Of a DNA stretch of 64,000 bases, positions 26,415-38,433 are shown piece by piece. The DNA comes from Leptogorgia sarmentosa (taxonomy: Eukaryota): positions 1,736,001 through 1,800,000 of the forward strand of contig OZ210885.1 in assembly GCA_964658305.1 (NCBI GenBank), read 5' to 3'. Made by a program: the position numbers and the translations under genes. The stretch's first letter is position 1, and every line of letters starts with the position of its first letter. The notes beneath the pieces were generated by a model that saw only the letters and a list, made by a program, of their open reading frames with translations, made no database searches and was not told the DNA's origin.

Positions 26415-27420
26415 ATCTTCGGATAGAAATTGACTGTTACATTTAATAGCTCATACACCGGTATTAACTGAGCTGAACTCAAGCAACTTCCTTTACTTAT
26501 TCTAGAATATTTCTTTCAATGGATTCCGCTTTGCGTGGGCAGACATGAAGTGTAGGTTTGTGTGTGTGTGCATAGCGGGTGTTAAATAATACACACGGTA
26601 TCCAGGCATGAAACACATGCGAAATAAAGCCTAGTTTCAATATTGTTGTTAGCTGTAGCTCGTTTCCAAACAAACATGAACAAGGAGAAAAAAATTACTT
26701 CAATATCTAAACGATTCAAACCAGTCCAACGTTTCAAGCAAAGGCCCTTATGCATATAGAAATCTGCAAGTCTCTTCCTGGACATGCTTTAAGGAGCATG
26801 GTACCGGTTGAGAAGCATGGTTGAGGAGCATACGTAGTTGAGAAGCACGTTTGATGAGCATGGTTGAGGAATGGTATCAACCTCACTTACTGGGTGCAGG
26901 TATTACTTGACTGTGACTGGTTCATTTCAGTGCACGTCGATTCCAAAGTCACAGTGCAATTTTCTGTAACCAAATTGCAAAAATCTGTAATCACTTTGAA
27001 CCAATCAATTAGTGCTCAAGCGACTGATTGCTTTAAAACAAAACAAACATGGCGGCCACGCTAGATGAGAAGAAATCGTGTTTCAGTAAAAAATTTGCAT
27101 AATTTCTCAAAATGGAAAAAACTCTAATTATCTCAAAGAAGAATAACAAAAGTTGCATGGTTGGGTGAATTTTTCAAAACCTTATTGCTGTAAAATGTGA
27201 AATAACTAAGAGGGGCAGGAGATGTACATGTATAAAGTTAAAACTATACTATTGTCTTGAATACTAATATGTAAATTATTAATAAGTAATAAGAATGCTT
27301 TCTCGCTCTTCGATCTCGTACAATTTTAAGGTCTTTGAAAGACTGACTCGTGCAAATTTAATCTAATTTGCACTCGAAACCATGCTATTATCGTTCTGAG
27401 GGAAAAGCCAAACTGTAATT

Positions 27421-27560
27421 GGAAGTCGAAAATCGAAGAATGACAGCACCATGCTTATGTGTTTGAAAATAATTTATTTTTAAATTATTGCGAGGACCTC
27501 AGATGATGACTTTATCAAAATGTTTTAGATCCATATCCAGATTGTATAATATACAGTCTG
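27421..27560 (-). pseudogene. Second copy of the degraded GPCR relic
   Basis: Colinear with 25179-25360 (GGAAGTCGAAAA...TGACAGCACCATG...CGAGGACCTC...GATCCATATCCAGAT). Confidence 0.55.
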
Positions 27561-27999
27561 AACTGGGACTAACTCTCCTGTACTTAGTTTAACTTAGTTT
27601 ACAGGAAGACTGTTTAAAGATGTAGGGTGAGTCACGTAGGCGGTTGATATACTGTACATCTCGGCCAAATATTTCAGAAGATCCGAGAAGGCAGGCAAGC
27701 CAGGAACAAGCTTCTCGTGTGGCTCAGGTCTGGAAATGGATACTTTCATTTCATTTAGACTTGAATTGATGTAACTCAGATACATAATTTGCCAAATACA
27801 AACTAACTTTCGGTGTTATTTCCTGATCATATTATTTACATGAGATCAAAAATTGTTTTTTAATTGCTTTCGAGAGGTGGGCGGTTGAGCGACATTGAGT
27901 CGATATCGTGCTAAGTCTATGCATTTTCCGTATGCTTGTATTACGTAACTAATTCAGACATTTCTTGGGAATGATCCGTAATTTTAGAAATTGGTATAG

Positions 28000-28322
28000 G
28001 AAATTACACGGTTCGAGAAGTATTAATGAAAAATTGCACGCGTGTTTAACACGCGTGCAATTTTTCATTAATACTTCGAGAACAAGTGTAATTTCGTATT
28101 AACATCATTGTAGTACACGTTCACTAAACTTTTTTGTTAACAATAAATGACAAAAAAACAAGAATTTTAGCGTTGATAAGCGTTTATTTATTTCTTTTTA
28201 TAATGTATCGCGGGCTCGAAGTGTGGTATTTGAAAAATTAATTACACACCTGTGTAATTAATGTTTAATTTGCACAAGCTATTTAGCCAATCAGCGTCCA
28301 GGAAATTGACTACAATGATATT
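28000..28322 (-). mobile_element. Dispersed palindromic repeat, inverted copy of 3413-3775
   Basis: Near-perfect palindrome GAAGTATTAATGAAAAATTGCACGCGTGT..ACACGCGTGCAATTTTTCATTAATACTTC plus a shared flank. Confidence 0.7.
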
Positions 28323-28727
28323 AGCTTGAAAATCAAAGACGACTTGTTGGTTTTCTGATATGAAAACTGGAAATAAAATCGAATATGAAAATGTTATGCG
28401 GAACGTTTCTCGTGGATGCCTGCGCTTTTGGTCTCCCTCTCTAAAAACCCAGATAAATACATGCACATGTACTATAATGTATCTTTTATGATCGTCTATA
28501 TTTACAAGCCTATATGTATTGTAACTCGGAAGGTCCAGTAATTTGAAACATGGAATCAACATCAAATAATTCACAATTATGGTAAATTTTTACATTAGCT
28601 CTATAGTCCCTATCTTACAACTTAAGCAAGCTACAAATTTTTACCCGCTACCTAAACCATACTGTTTTTTAAATGTGTTTATATCTCAAAGTTGCAAAGG
28701 CATTTAAAGCATGGGGAAAGCCAGTTA

Positions 28728-29588
28728 TTAGCAAGAAAATAGACAATCATTCAGGACCTTCAATGTTTTTTGCCCCTCTTTGCGTAGAACATCGTTTTTC
28801 CAGAAAAAAATTAGACAGTTGAATGTAGAGTTCGCATTGGCTACAGTACTTGTCCAAAAATTAGCAGCTCTCTTATTTTCTGGCGTTAATTTCTTGGCGA
28901 AGTTGAAAGCAATGAAGGAAAACGCTGGAATGTACATCAATAACAGAAAGCCAACGGCCAACAAACAGGTTGAAATGTCCTTTAAATTAACAGGCGACAT
29001 CGATGATGTTGGTGATGTTGAGTTTTCGCGACGAACTTTTCGGCGAATCATGAACAATTTGTAGTTGAAGAACACGAACGGAGGGAATACTGCAACGAGG
29101 AAAATGATCAACGCCTTTGGAAAGGAAATGACTAAGTCATTTGCAGAAATTATTACTACGATTATCGGCAAAAGAGATAATACTGCAATAAGCGTTAGAA
29201 GTTTGCGTCTTGTGAGCGACGTTCGATGAAAAATTGGATAGTACGTTCCAAGATATCTTTCGATGCTCATCACCAGAAGAGCAATTAAAGAAAAGCCAAT
29301 AAACAAGTTCGAAATATGCTCATAAATTTGCACCCTGGCTAGTAAATCATTCTTTTCTTGCATCCACCAAATCAGGCGAAGAATCAGGATTGGATGATTC
29401 GTGATAACCACAAGGAAGTCGAAAAATGACAACACCATGATCATAAAATAACATAATTTCCTTCGGAGATACGCCGAACTTCTTGCGAAACTGACAATGA
29501 CCAATAGGTTTAAAAATGTCCCCGCGCAAGTGAGAAGGACGTTGACAACACACAGAAATATTGACTGGACCTGCACTGCAATATCCAT
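28728..29588 (-). CDS. Class A (rhodopsin-like) orphan GPCR, copy 2, 286 aa
   Basis: Single-exon ORF with seven hydrophobic segments. Motifs GTFLN (TM1), LSFFD (TM2), SIERY (TM3), NSTFNCLIFFWKN (TM7). Confidence 0.88.
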   Translation of the reverse strand: MDIAVQVQSIFLCVVNVLLTCAGTFLNLLVIVSFARSSAYLRRKLCYFMIMVLSFFDFLVVITNHPILILRLIWWMQEKNDLLARVQIYEHISNLFIGFSLIALLVMSIERYLGTYYPIFHRTSLTRRKLLTLIAVLSLLPIIVVIISANDLVISFPKALIIFLVAVFPPFVFFNYKLFMIRRKVRRENSTSPTSSMSPVNLKDISTCLLAVGFLLLMYIPAFSFIAFNFAKKLTPENKRAANFWTSTVANANSTFNCLIFFWKNDVLRKEGQKTLKVLNDCLFSC

Positions 29589-30335
29589 ATCTTCGGAAGA
29601 ACCAACTTGTCATTTACGCAGTATGATACACGGGTATGAACTGAAACTGTATTCCAACAACTTCCTTTACTTATTCTGGAATGTTTCATGAAGTGGAACA
29701 TTGCGTAGGCGCATAGACGAAGCATACGTGGGGGTTTGTGCGTGTGTTTTGGTAGAGGGAAGGGAGGTGAGTTGCGACACCTCCCACGTTTTTGTCAATC
29801 TGTCGGTAGATTAATCTGTCTGTTAGTCCTGGCTGCAAACAGTTATCATCGTCTGTTGAAACTCAGTATCTCAGTCTTGAAAGGGTTAACTCTCTGAAAA
29901 GGCTTTTCGGGGATCTATGCATGGCTTCATGAATTGAAAGCGATGATGGAGAGGTCGTATTGATACAATGATTACTGTGTAAGGCCAATTTCAATAGGTC
30001 AACCTTTTCCTCACAGCTAGCCAGCTACAAGCATTGTTTTGATTGCAATTTGAATAGCATGAAACAACACACTTGTAAACACACGATCAATATTGCACCT
30101 GGCGGAGACGTGAGGCCAATTTAAAGTCATTGAAAAATCACGAGTGCTTGCTATTTCAAATCTTCTACCAGGAAGTCTATGTTGTTGATTATATTCTATA
30201 ATACGTGTGTTAAATAAACACGATATCCAGTCATGAAACACTTGCGAAATAAAGTCTAGTTTCAATATTGCCGTTAGCTGTAGCTCGTTTCCAAGCAAAC
30301 ATAAACAAGCAGCAAAAGTTTCCCTCACTCTCTAA

Positions 30336-30477
30336 TGCCTGTTTCAGACGTCGAACTTTAGTCGCGCCGAATGCTATTAAAACAATAGATAATGAGATAA
30401 CTTGCCTCATTATCAGCTCATTATCCTTTGTCTGAATTGCATTCGATGCGAGTAAATTTCGACGTTTGAAACAGGCC
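30336..30477. mobile_element. PIF/Harbinger (Tourist-like) MITE with TAA target-site duplication
   Basis: TIRs GCCTGTTTCAGACGTCGAA / TTCGACGTTTGAAACAGGC, flanked by TAA on both sides. The paralogous empty site CTCTCTAAACGAT is visible at ~40030 and ~47170. Confidence 0.85.
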
Positions 30478-31391
30478 TAAACGATATAAATAAATTCGTC
30501 GTTTGGAGCAAATGCCCTTTGTCGGCAATTAGTCTGGGAGAATGCCTGGCGACCATAAACGACAAAAATAACATTGGTGTTGGCAGTGTGGCCGAGACAG
30601 TCTCCGTTCTTTCTGTTTCTCCCACAGTCGTTACGGTCCTAGACTTTCGTTCTCAGACAGCCAGCAAGAGCTATAGTGACGTTAAGCACATTGTGGAAAC
30701 TATAACCTTCGGAATTCGCTCATTCGATTGTAAAGACATAATACAAGTTTTCAACTTTTGTATGGTTGATAATTTGCTTCGACCTCGATAGACATATCTG
30801 TCACTATATATAAGGAAACAATGTCATGAACCTAAAATATCTTGTTTATAATTCCTATTTCCTCGATGACAATCTTTTGCAATGCACTACAAGTTCTTTC
30901 CCCCTGTGTTTATAAACAAAGTAAAAATTGAAGACTGAAAGTTCTACTGTGTTTTTTGGTTCAGCACAATGATCAATGAATTAGCTTGTTGGTTACATCC
31001 GGTGTTTTCTATTTGCATGCGCTCGTGTTGCTAGCCAATTATAACAAAATTGTGTAGTATCGCAAATATCATAATAGTATGGTTATGGATTTGAATATTT
31101 ATTCTTGATACATAAAATATTTTTGTTCATGACTGACATCATATTGTTATAAATGGCGCCTCATAGCGAACGGTGAATCATTTATGAATGCATGGTTTGT
31201 ATACCGTGCCTTGGTATTGTTGCGTTGAGCAGTGGCAGTGTTGCAAAAAAGCTGCGGGTATGCGGGCACCACCTGGAGGAAGGTTTGCCGTATGTGAGAT
31301 AATTGAGTGATACTTGTTAATAAATATTAAATATTGAAAATTACACATATTGAAAAAATACACACCATATTAAAAAACACACCTTGGCCAT

Positions 31392-31647
31392 AATTAGCCA
31401 TTTTCCAATCGAGCAAGGGACTGGGCCTAGTCGATGTTTGGAGGGAAACAAGTTATGTTGAACGGGCTGAATATATTTTAGAAGATATTTTAATCATAAT
31501 TTCTGCATTTCAGGATGCACAAAGAACTTTAGGAAGTTTCAAACTTTAGGAAAACTTCCTAGATGTCATATTCGCTTCTTGTTTATTTTTGTCCCTCCAA
31601 AACAAGCGACTAGACCCAGTCCCCTGCTCGATTTGAAAATGGCTAAT
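31392..31647. mobile_element. MITE family B in GPCR spacer
   Basis: ATTAGCCATTTTCCAATCGAGCAAGGGACTGGG / CCCAGTCCCCTGCTCGATTTGAAAATGGCTAAT. Confidence 0.75.
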
Positions 31648-31890
31648 CAGTGTAAATTCGAATGCAAAAATGAAACGAATGCTACACGTGCGTGCGTTTT
31701 TTTCTCGCGCTCTAAACGGCCATATAAAGGCACAAGTACTTCAGCGAGCAACAAAAGTTCTATTCACTACCTATAATTAAACGATATATTTAAATGTGTT
31801 TATATCTCAAGGTTACGAAGTCTTTCATTCCCAAAGGTTTGTCAGCGATTGAAGGATCACGAAGGCATCGATTCTTAAACTAGGCCTGCA

Positions 31891-32748
31891 TTAGGAAGCG
31901 AATAGACTGTTTTTCAAGTCCTTCAATGCTTTTTTCCCCTCTTTGCGTAGAACATCGTTTCTCCAGAAGAAAATAAGACAGTTGAATGTAGAATTCGCAT
32001 TGGCGACAGTACCTGTCCAAAAATTAGCAGCATTCGTATATTCTGACGTTGATTTCTTGGCGAAGTTAAATGCAATGAAGGAAAACGCTGGAATGTACAT
32101 CAATAACAGAAAGCCAACGGCCAACAAACAGGTTGAAATGTCCTTTAAATTAACAGGCGACATCGACGATGTTGATGCTGACTTTTTGCGACGAACTTTT
32201 CGGCAAATCATGAACAATTTGTAGTTGAAGAACACGAACGGAGGGAATACTGCAACGACGAAAATGAGCATAGCCTTTGGAAAGGAAATGACTAAGTCAT
32301 TAGCAGAAATTATTGCTAGGGTAATTGGTAAAAGAGATAATACTACAATAAGCGTTAGAAGTTGGCGTCTTGTGAGCGATGTTCGATGAAAAAATGGATA
32401 ATACGTTCCAAGATATCTCTCTAGGCTCATCACCAGAAGAGCAATTAAAGAAAAGCCAATGAACACGTTCGAAAAATGCTCATATATATCCATCATGTCT
32501 AGTAAGCCATTCTTTTCTTGCAACCACCAAACCAGGCGAAGAATTAGGATTGGATGATTCGTGATAACCACAAGGAAGTCGAAAAATGACAACACCGTGA
32601 TCATAAAATAACACAATTTCCTTCGAAGATACGCTGAACTTCTTGCGAAACTGACAATGACCAATAGGTTTAAAAATGACCCCGCGCAAGTGAGAAGGAC
32701 GTTGACAACACACAGAAATATTGACTGGACCTGCACTGCCAGATCCAT
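31891..32748 (-). CDS. Class A orphan GPCR, copy 3, 285 aa
   Basis: 7TM ORF with SLERY and NSTFNCLIFFWRN. Near-identical to copies 6, 8 and 9. Confidence 0.88.
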   Translation of the reverse strand: MDLAVQVQSIFLCVVNVLLTCAGSFLNLLVIVSFARSSAYLRRKLCYFMITVLSFFDFLVVITNHPILILRLVWWLQEKNGLLDMMDIYEHFSNVFIGFSLIALLVMSLERYLGTYYPFFHRTSLTRRQLLTLIVVLSLLPITLAIISANDLVISFPKAMLIFVVAVFPPFVFFNYKLFMICRKVRRKKSASTSSMSPVNLKDISTCLLAVGFLLLMYIPAFSFIAFNFAKKSTSEYTNAANFWTGTVANANSTFNCLIFFWRNDVLRKEGKKALKDLKNSLFAS

Positions 32749-33866
32749 GTCTTCGGAAGAAACCAGCTGTTACATCTAACAGTCTGTGCATTTTGTCTAG
32801 TATTGGCGGAGGTGGTTTTGAACAACTTCCTGTACTTATCCTGAATGTTTGATGACGTGGTCCTCTTCCGCAGGCGCAGCAACACCTTCTGGTGTTTGTG
32901 TTAGGGGGGAGGGGGGCAATTAACAACCCCGCCCCTCTTTACGGTCAATCCGTCGGTAGATTGATCTGTTTTTTGGACCTGTCGGTTGACCAGGCATGAA
33001 AATTAGGGGGTTTTCACATGCACTGGTGTTTCCCTTCATAGCGAACAATCGCTCCAAATTTGAGTATGTGAGACAAAATTTTCAGTAAATTCTTTTTCAA
33101 ATTTGATCGTTGAACGATTAGGCCAACCCAGAAAATTTTGTGATGTCGTTTGGATAAACACTGAAATTACTATTACTATTAAGGTATTGACACAGCCTCA
33201 TTATTTCAAATTCTGAAATTGAAATTTTATTGAACATTCATGCACGTTATTTTCAAGTACGCACTTCAATTTACGAGGAAAGATTTTCCTTTTACGAGGA
33301 CACCAAGTGTGTACAAGGACACCGGACGCGCTATTTTATGCCTGAAGACCTTGAAATGACCGTATCCGGCGTCTAGGGATTTAAAATTGAATATTTTCTT
33401 TCCCGAAATACAATATTAAACTGGCGGAGAGAGACAGACTGTCTGAATCATATCTAAGCTATTTTGTTTGGCTGAATATGAAATTAAAGGTTATTGAAGA
33501 AAGATAAAAATAACTATTTGTTAAACACTTACCAATTAAATACACAGAACACAACGTAAACAAAAACTTCATTAATGTTCGAGTTCCAGTTCTACTGTGA
33601 GGAAGCAAACAAAGAAAGTGTTTCGATTTCAAAAATATGTCAGAATATTAGAGGAAGATTTAGGTGCACTCCGTCTTACAGGATTTGAAAAAAACCGCTA
33701 TTTAGGTACTTGTTTTGTGTCATCAATGTCCGACCAATTTTAAAATAAGCTACAGCCATTAATCGCTCCGGGAATGGACACGTTCACGTCATTTAGACTT
33801 GAATCCATGCAGCTCAGATTCATAATTTGTCAAATATAAAAAAGCAGAGTTTTAGGCTTGCTTTAT

Positions 33867-34001
33867 AGGCTTGGTTCGAACGTCGTACATTTTTCATGTG
33901 CCGAACCTAATGCAAATGAACTCAAACAAAAAACTTAGTTCATTAACATTAGGTTCGGCGCAGGAAAGGTACGGTGTAATTCGACGTGTGAACTGGGCCT
34001 T
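33867..34001. mobile_element. Foldback MITE family C in GPCR spacer
   Basis: GCCGAACCTAATG...CATTAGGTTCGGC internal inverted repeat with GGC..GTTC / GAAC..GCC ends. Copies at ~37098, ~50571 and ~57712. Confidence 0.65.
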
Positions 34002-34038
34002 ATTTCCAGATCATATTTACATGAGGTCGCCGATTGGG

Positions 34039-34071
<33 letters not shown>

Positions 34072-35112
34072 AAAATTTTATATAGCGCAATGTTGGTTAC
34101 ATCCGGCGTTTTCTATTTGCATGCGCTCCGTGTTGCTAGCCAATTATAACAAAATTGTATAGTATCGCAAATTTTAATAGTAGTTAGGGATTTGAATATT
34201 ATTCTTGATACATAGAATATTTTTGTTCATGACTGACATATTGTTATATATGGCGCCTCATAGCAAACGGTGAATCACTTGTGACTGCCTGGTTTGTATA
34301 CTGCATGTGCCTTGGTATTGTTGATGGCAGTGTTGCAAAAAAGCTATACGGGTATACGGGCACCACCTGGAGGAAGGTTTGCCTTATGTGAGATAAATGA
34401 GTGATTGTGAACGTTTAATTATTATCAAATACACATATTGGAAAAATACACACCATATTAAACAACACACCTTGGCCATAATTAGCCATTTCCCAATCGA
34501 GCAAAGGAGGGAAACAAGTTATACTGAACGGGCTGAATATTTTTTAGAAAATATTTTAATCATAATTTCTGCATTTCAAGCTGCACGAAGAGCTTTAGGA
34601 AGTTAGACAAACTTTAGGAAAACTTCCTAGATGTCATATTCGGCATATGTCCAATTTTTTTTGTCCAAAACAAGCGACTAGACCCAGTTCTCCGCTCGAT
34701 TTGAAAATGGCTAATTAGTATAAATTCGAATGCAAAAATGAAACGAATGCTGCACGTGCGTGCTTTTTTTCTCACGCCATATAAAGGCACAAGGACTTAA
34801 AGCGGCTGCCTACAATGATTACCTATTTTTCTATATAGTATATCCTGTGTCTATGACGCAATTTTCTCGGAAGGTCCCCAATTTAAAAAATTGAAGTGAA
34901 AATAAAAAAAATCATAATTGTGATATTTTTCACATTCTTAGTTCTATTCCTTATCTTATGACTTCAGCGAGCAACAAAAGTTCTATTCACCACATGATTA
35001 AATAATAGGGTTATAATAATTTATATCTCAAGGGTACGAAGCCTTTCATTCCCAAAGGTTTGTCAGCGATTGAAGGATCACGAAGGCATCGATTCTTTAA
35101 ACTAGGCCTGCA

Positions 35113-35973
35113 TTAGGAAGCGAATAGACTGTTTTTCAACGCCTTCAATGCTTTTTTCCCTTCTTTGCGTAGAACATCGTTTTTCCAGAAGAAAATAAGA
35201 CAGTTGAATGTAGAATTCGCATTGGCTACAGTACTTGTCCAAAAATTAGCAGCTTTCGTATTTTCTGACGTTGATTTCTCAGCGATGTTGAACGCAATGA
35301 AGGAAAACGCTGGAATGTACATCAATAACAGAAAGCCAACGGCCAACAAACAGGTTGAAATGTCCTTTAAATTAACAGGCGACATCGAAGATGGTGGTGA
35401 TGTTGAGTTTTCGCGACGAACTTTTCGGCAAATCATGAACAATTTGTAGTTGAAGAACACGAACGGAGGGAATACTGCAACGACGAAAATGAGCATAGCC
35501 TTTGGAAAGGAAATGACTAAGTCATTAGCAGAAATTATTGCTAGGGTAATCGGTAAAAGAGATAATACTGCAAGGAGTGTTAGAAGTTTGCGTCTCGTGA
35601 GCGATGTTCGATGAAAAAATGGATAGTACGTTCCCAGATATCTTTCTATGCTCATCACCAGAAGAGCAATTAAAGAAAAGCCAATGAACACGTTCGAAAA
35701 ATGCTCATATATATCCATCATGTCTAGTAAGCCATTCTTTTCTTGCAACCACCAAACCAGGCGAAGAATCAGGATTGGATGATTCGTGATAACCACAAGG
35801 AAGTCGAAAAATGACAACACGGTGATCATAAAATAACACAATTTATTTCGAAGATACGCCGAACTTCTCGCGAAACTGACAATGACCAATAGGTTTAAAA
35901 ATGTCCCAGCGCAAGTAAGAAGGACGTTGATAACACACAGAAATATTGACTGGACCTGCACTGCCAGATCCAT
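35113..35973 (-). CDS. Class A orphan GPCR, copy 4, 286 aa
   Basis: 7TM ORF with SIERY. The ATG is at 35973; the track's start at 35991 is TTG. Confidence 0.88.
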   Translation of the reverse strand: MDLAVQVQSIFLCVINVLLTCAGTFLNLLVIVSFARSSAYLRNKLCYFMITVLSFFDFLVVITNHPILILRLVWWLQEKNGLLDMMDIYEHFSNVFIGFSLIALLVMSIERYLGTYYPFFHRTSLTRRKLLTLLAVLSLLPITLAIISANDLVISFPKAMLIFVVAVFPPFVFFNYKLFMICRKVRRENSTSPPSSMSPVNLKDISTCLLAVGFLLLMYIPAFSFIAFNIAEKSTSENTKAANFWTSTVANANSTFNCLIFFWKNDVLRKEGKKALKALKNSLFAS

Positions 35974-37575
35974 GTCTTCGGAAGAAACCAACTGTTACAT
36001 CTAACAGTCTGTGCATTTTGTCTTGTATTGGCGGAGGTGGTTTTGAACAACTTCCTGTACTTATTCTTGAATGTTTGATGACCTGGTCCACTTGAGCAGG
36101 CGCAGCAACACCTTCTGGTGTGTTTGTGTTAGGGGGGAAGGGGGGCAATTAACACCCCCGCCCCACTTTACGGTCAATCCGTCGGTAGATTGATCTGTTT
36201 TTTGGACCTGTCGGTTGACCAGGATTGAAAAATAGGGGGTTTTCACATGCACTGGTGTTTCCCTTCATAGGACACAATCGCTCCAAATTTGAGTATGTGA
36301 GACAAAATTTTCAGTAAATTCTTTTTCAAATTTGATCGTTGAACGATTAAGCCAACCCAGAAAATTTTGTGATGTCGTTTGGATAAACACTGAAATTACT
36401 ATTACTATTAAAGTATTGACACAGCCTCATTATTTCAAATTCTGAAAATGAAATTTTATTGAACATTCATACACGTTATTTTCAAGTACGCACTTCAATT
36501 TACGAGGAAAGATTTTCCTTTTACGAGGACACCAATTGTGTACAAGGACACCGGACACGCTATTTTAATGCGTGAAGACTTTGAAATGACCGTATCCGGC
36601 GTCTAGGGATTTAAAATTTAACATTTTCTTTACCGAAATACAATATTAAACTGGCGGAGAGAGACAGACTGTCTGAATCATATCTAAGCTATTTTGTTTG
36701 GCTGAATATGAAATTAAAGATTATTGAAGAAAGATAAAAATAACTATTTGTTAAACACTTACCAATTAAATACACAAAACACAACGTAAACAAAAACTTC
36801 ATTAATGTTCGAGTTCCAGTTCTACTGTGAGGAAGCAAAACAAAGAAAGTTTTTCGATTTCAAAAATATGTCAGAATATTAAAGGAAGATTTAGGTGCAC
36901 TCCGTCATACAGGATTTGAAAAAACCCGCTATTTAGGTACTTGTTTTGTGTCATCAATGTCCGACCAATTTTAAAATAAGTTACAGCCATTAATCGCTCC
37001 GGGAATGGACACGTTCACGTCATTTAGAATTGAATCCATGCAGCTCAGATTCATAACTTGTCAAATATAAAAAAGCAGAGTTTTAGGCTTGCTTTATAGG
37101 CTTGGTTCGAACGTCGTACATTTTTCATGTGCCGAACCTAATGCAAATGAACTCAAAGAAAAAACTTAGTTCATTAACATTAGGTTCGGCACATGAAAAG
37201 TAATTCGACGTGTGAACTGGGCCTTATTTCCAGATCATATTTACATGAGGTCGACGATTGGGTTTTATTATTATTATTACTATTACAAAATTTTATATAG
37301 CGCAATGTCGGTTACGTCCGGCGTTTTCTATTTGCATTCTCTCCGTGTTGCTAGCCATTAGATTGATGATTGTTTTTTAATTTGTTTCGAGAGGTGGACG
37401 CTGTTGAGTTGGCATTGAGTTGATATCGTAGTGAGTCTATTTATTTCGTGTCTGCTTATATTACGCAATTCTTTTTTGGGAATGACCCGTGTTGTGGAAA
37501 TTGGCGTAAAATCAAACAATTTAAAATTGTAAGAAATTTTCATATAAAAATAATGCACCTTAATTCCTAATTATA

Positions 37576-38433
37576 TTAGCACATAAGACGGTTTTTTAAG
37601 GCCTTGATTGTCTTTATTCCCTCTCTGCGCAAAACGTCGTCTTTCCAAAAGAAAATGAGACAATTCAATGTAGAGTTAGCACAGCCTACAGTGTTAGTCC
37701 AAAGCAAAGCCATTCTGGTATTTTCTGACGTTGATTTCTCCGCAAAGTCAAACGAAATATAGAAAATCGCCGGTAAGAACGTAACGAAATAACAGGCAAC
37801 TGTCAACAAGCAGGTTGAAATGTTCTTTAAATTAAGATGCAACGTCGATACATCCGGTGACGATGTGTTTACGCGACGTACTCTTCTGGAAATCACGAAT
37901 AATTTGTAGTTGAAAAACGCCAGTAGAGGAAATACCGAAAGAAAGAAAATTACCAAAACGGTTCCATAGGAAATTACCAAATTGTTCATAGAAAGTATCG
38001 CTAGCGGAATTGTTAAAAGAAATAATACTGCGAGCAGTGTTAGCAATCTCCGTCTAGTCAGCGATGTTCGATGAAAGAATGGATAGTATGCTCCCAGATA
38101 TCTTTCTATGCTCATTACCAGAAGGGCCAAGATGGAAAAGCCAATAAACCACTTGGAAAAATGTTCGTAAATCTGGAGCATAGCAAACGGATCATTTTTT
38201 TCTTTTAACCACCAAACCAGGCGAAGAATCACTATCGGATGATTCGTGATAACCACAAGGAAGTCGAAGAATGACAATACCATGATCATAAAATAACATA
38301 ATTTATTTCGAAGATACGCCGAACTTCTCGCGAAACTGAAAATGACCAATAAGTTTAAAAATGTCCCAGCACAAGTAAGAAGGACGTTGACAACACACAG
38401 AAATATTGACTGGACCTGCACTGCAATATCCAT
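37576..38433 (-). CDS. Class A orphan GPCR, copy 5 (divergent subtype B), 285 aa
   Basis: 7TM ORF with SIERY and NSTLNCLIFFWKD. TM4-TM7 diverged from subtype A. Confidence 0.88.
   Translation of the reverse strand: MDIAVQVQSIFLCVVNVLLTCAGTFLNLLVIFSFARSSAYLRNKLCYFMIMVLSFFDFLVVITNHPIVILRLVWWLKEKNDPFAMLQIYEHFSKWFIGFSILALLVMSIERYLGAYYPFFHRTSLTRRRLLTLLAVLFLLTIPLAILSMNNLVISYGTVLVIFFLSVFPLLAFFNYKLFVISRRVRRVNTSSPDVSTLHLNLKNISTCLLTVACYFVTFLPAIFYISFDFAEKSTSENTRMALLWTNTVGCANSTLNCLIFFWKDDVLRREGIKTIKALKNRLMC

Noticed and set aside
28780..29064. Recurrent 93-94 aa plus-strand ORF (MRRTSF...) inside most GPCR copies
   Set aside because: Antisense shadow of the GPCR frame with a TTG start. It recurs only because the genes are duplicated.
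35974..35991. MVSSED N-terminal extensions on several GPCR ORFs
   Set aside because: They begin at TTG, an artefact of alternative-start ORF calling. The conserved ATG is 18 nt downstream.
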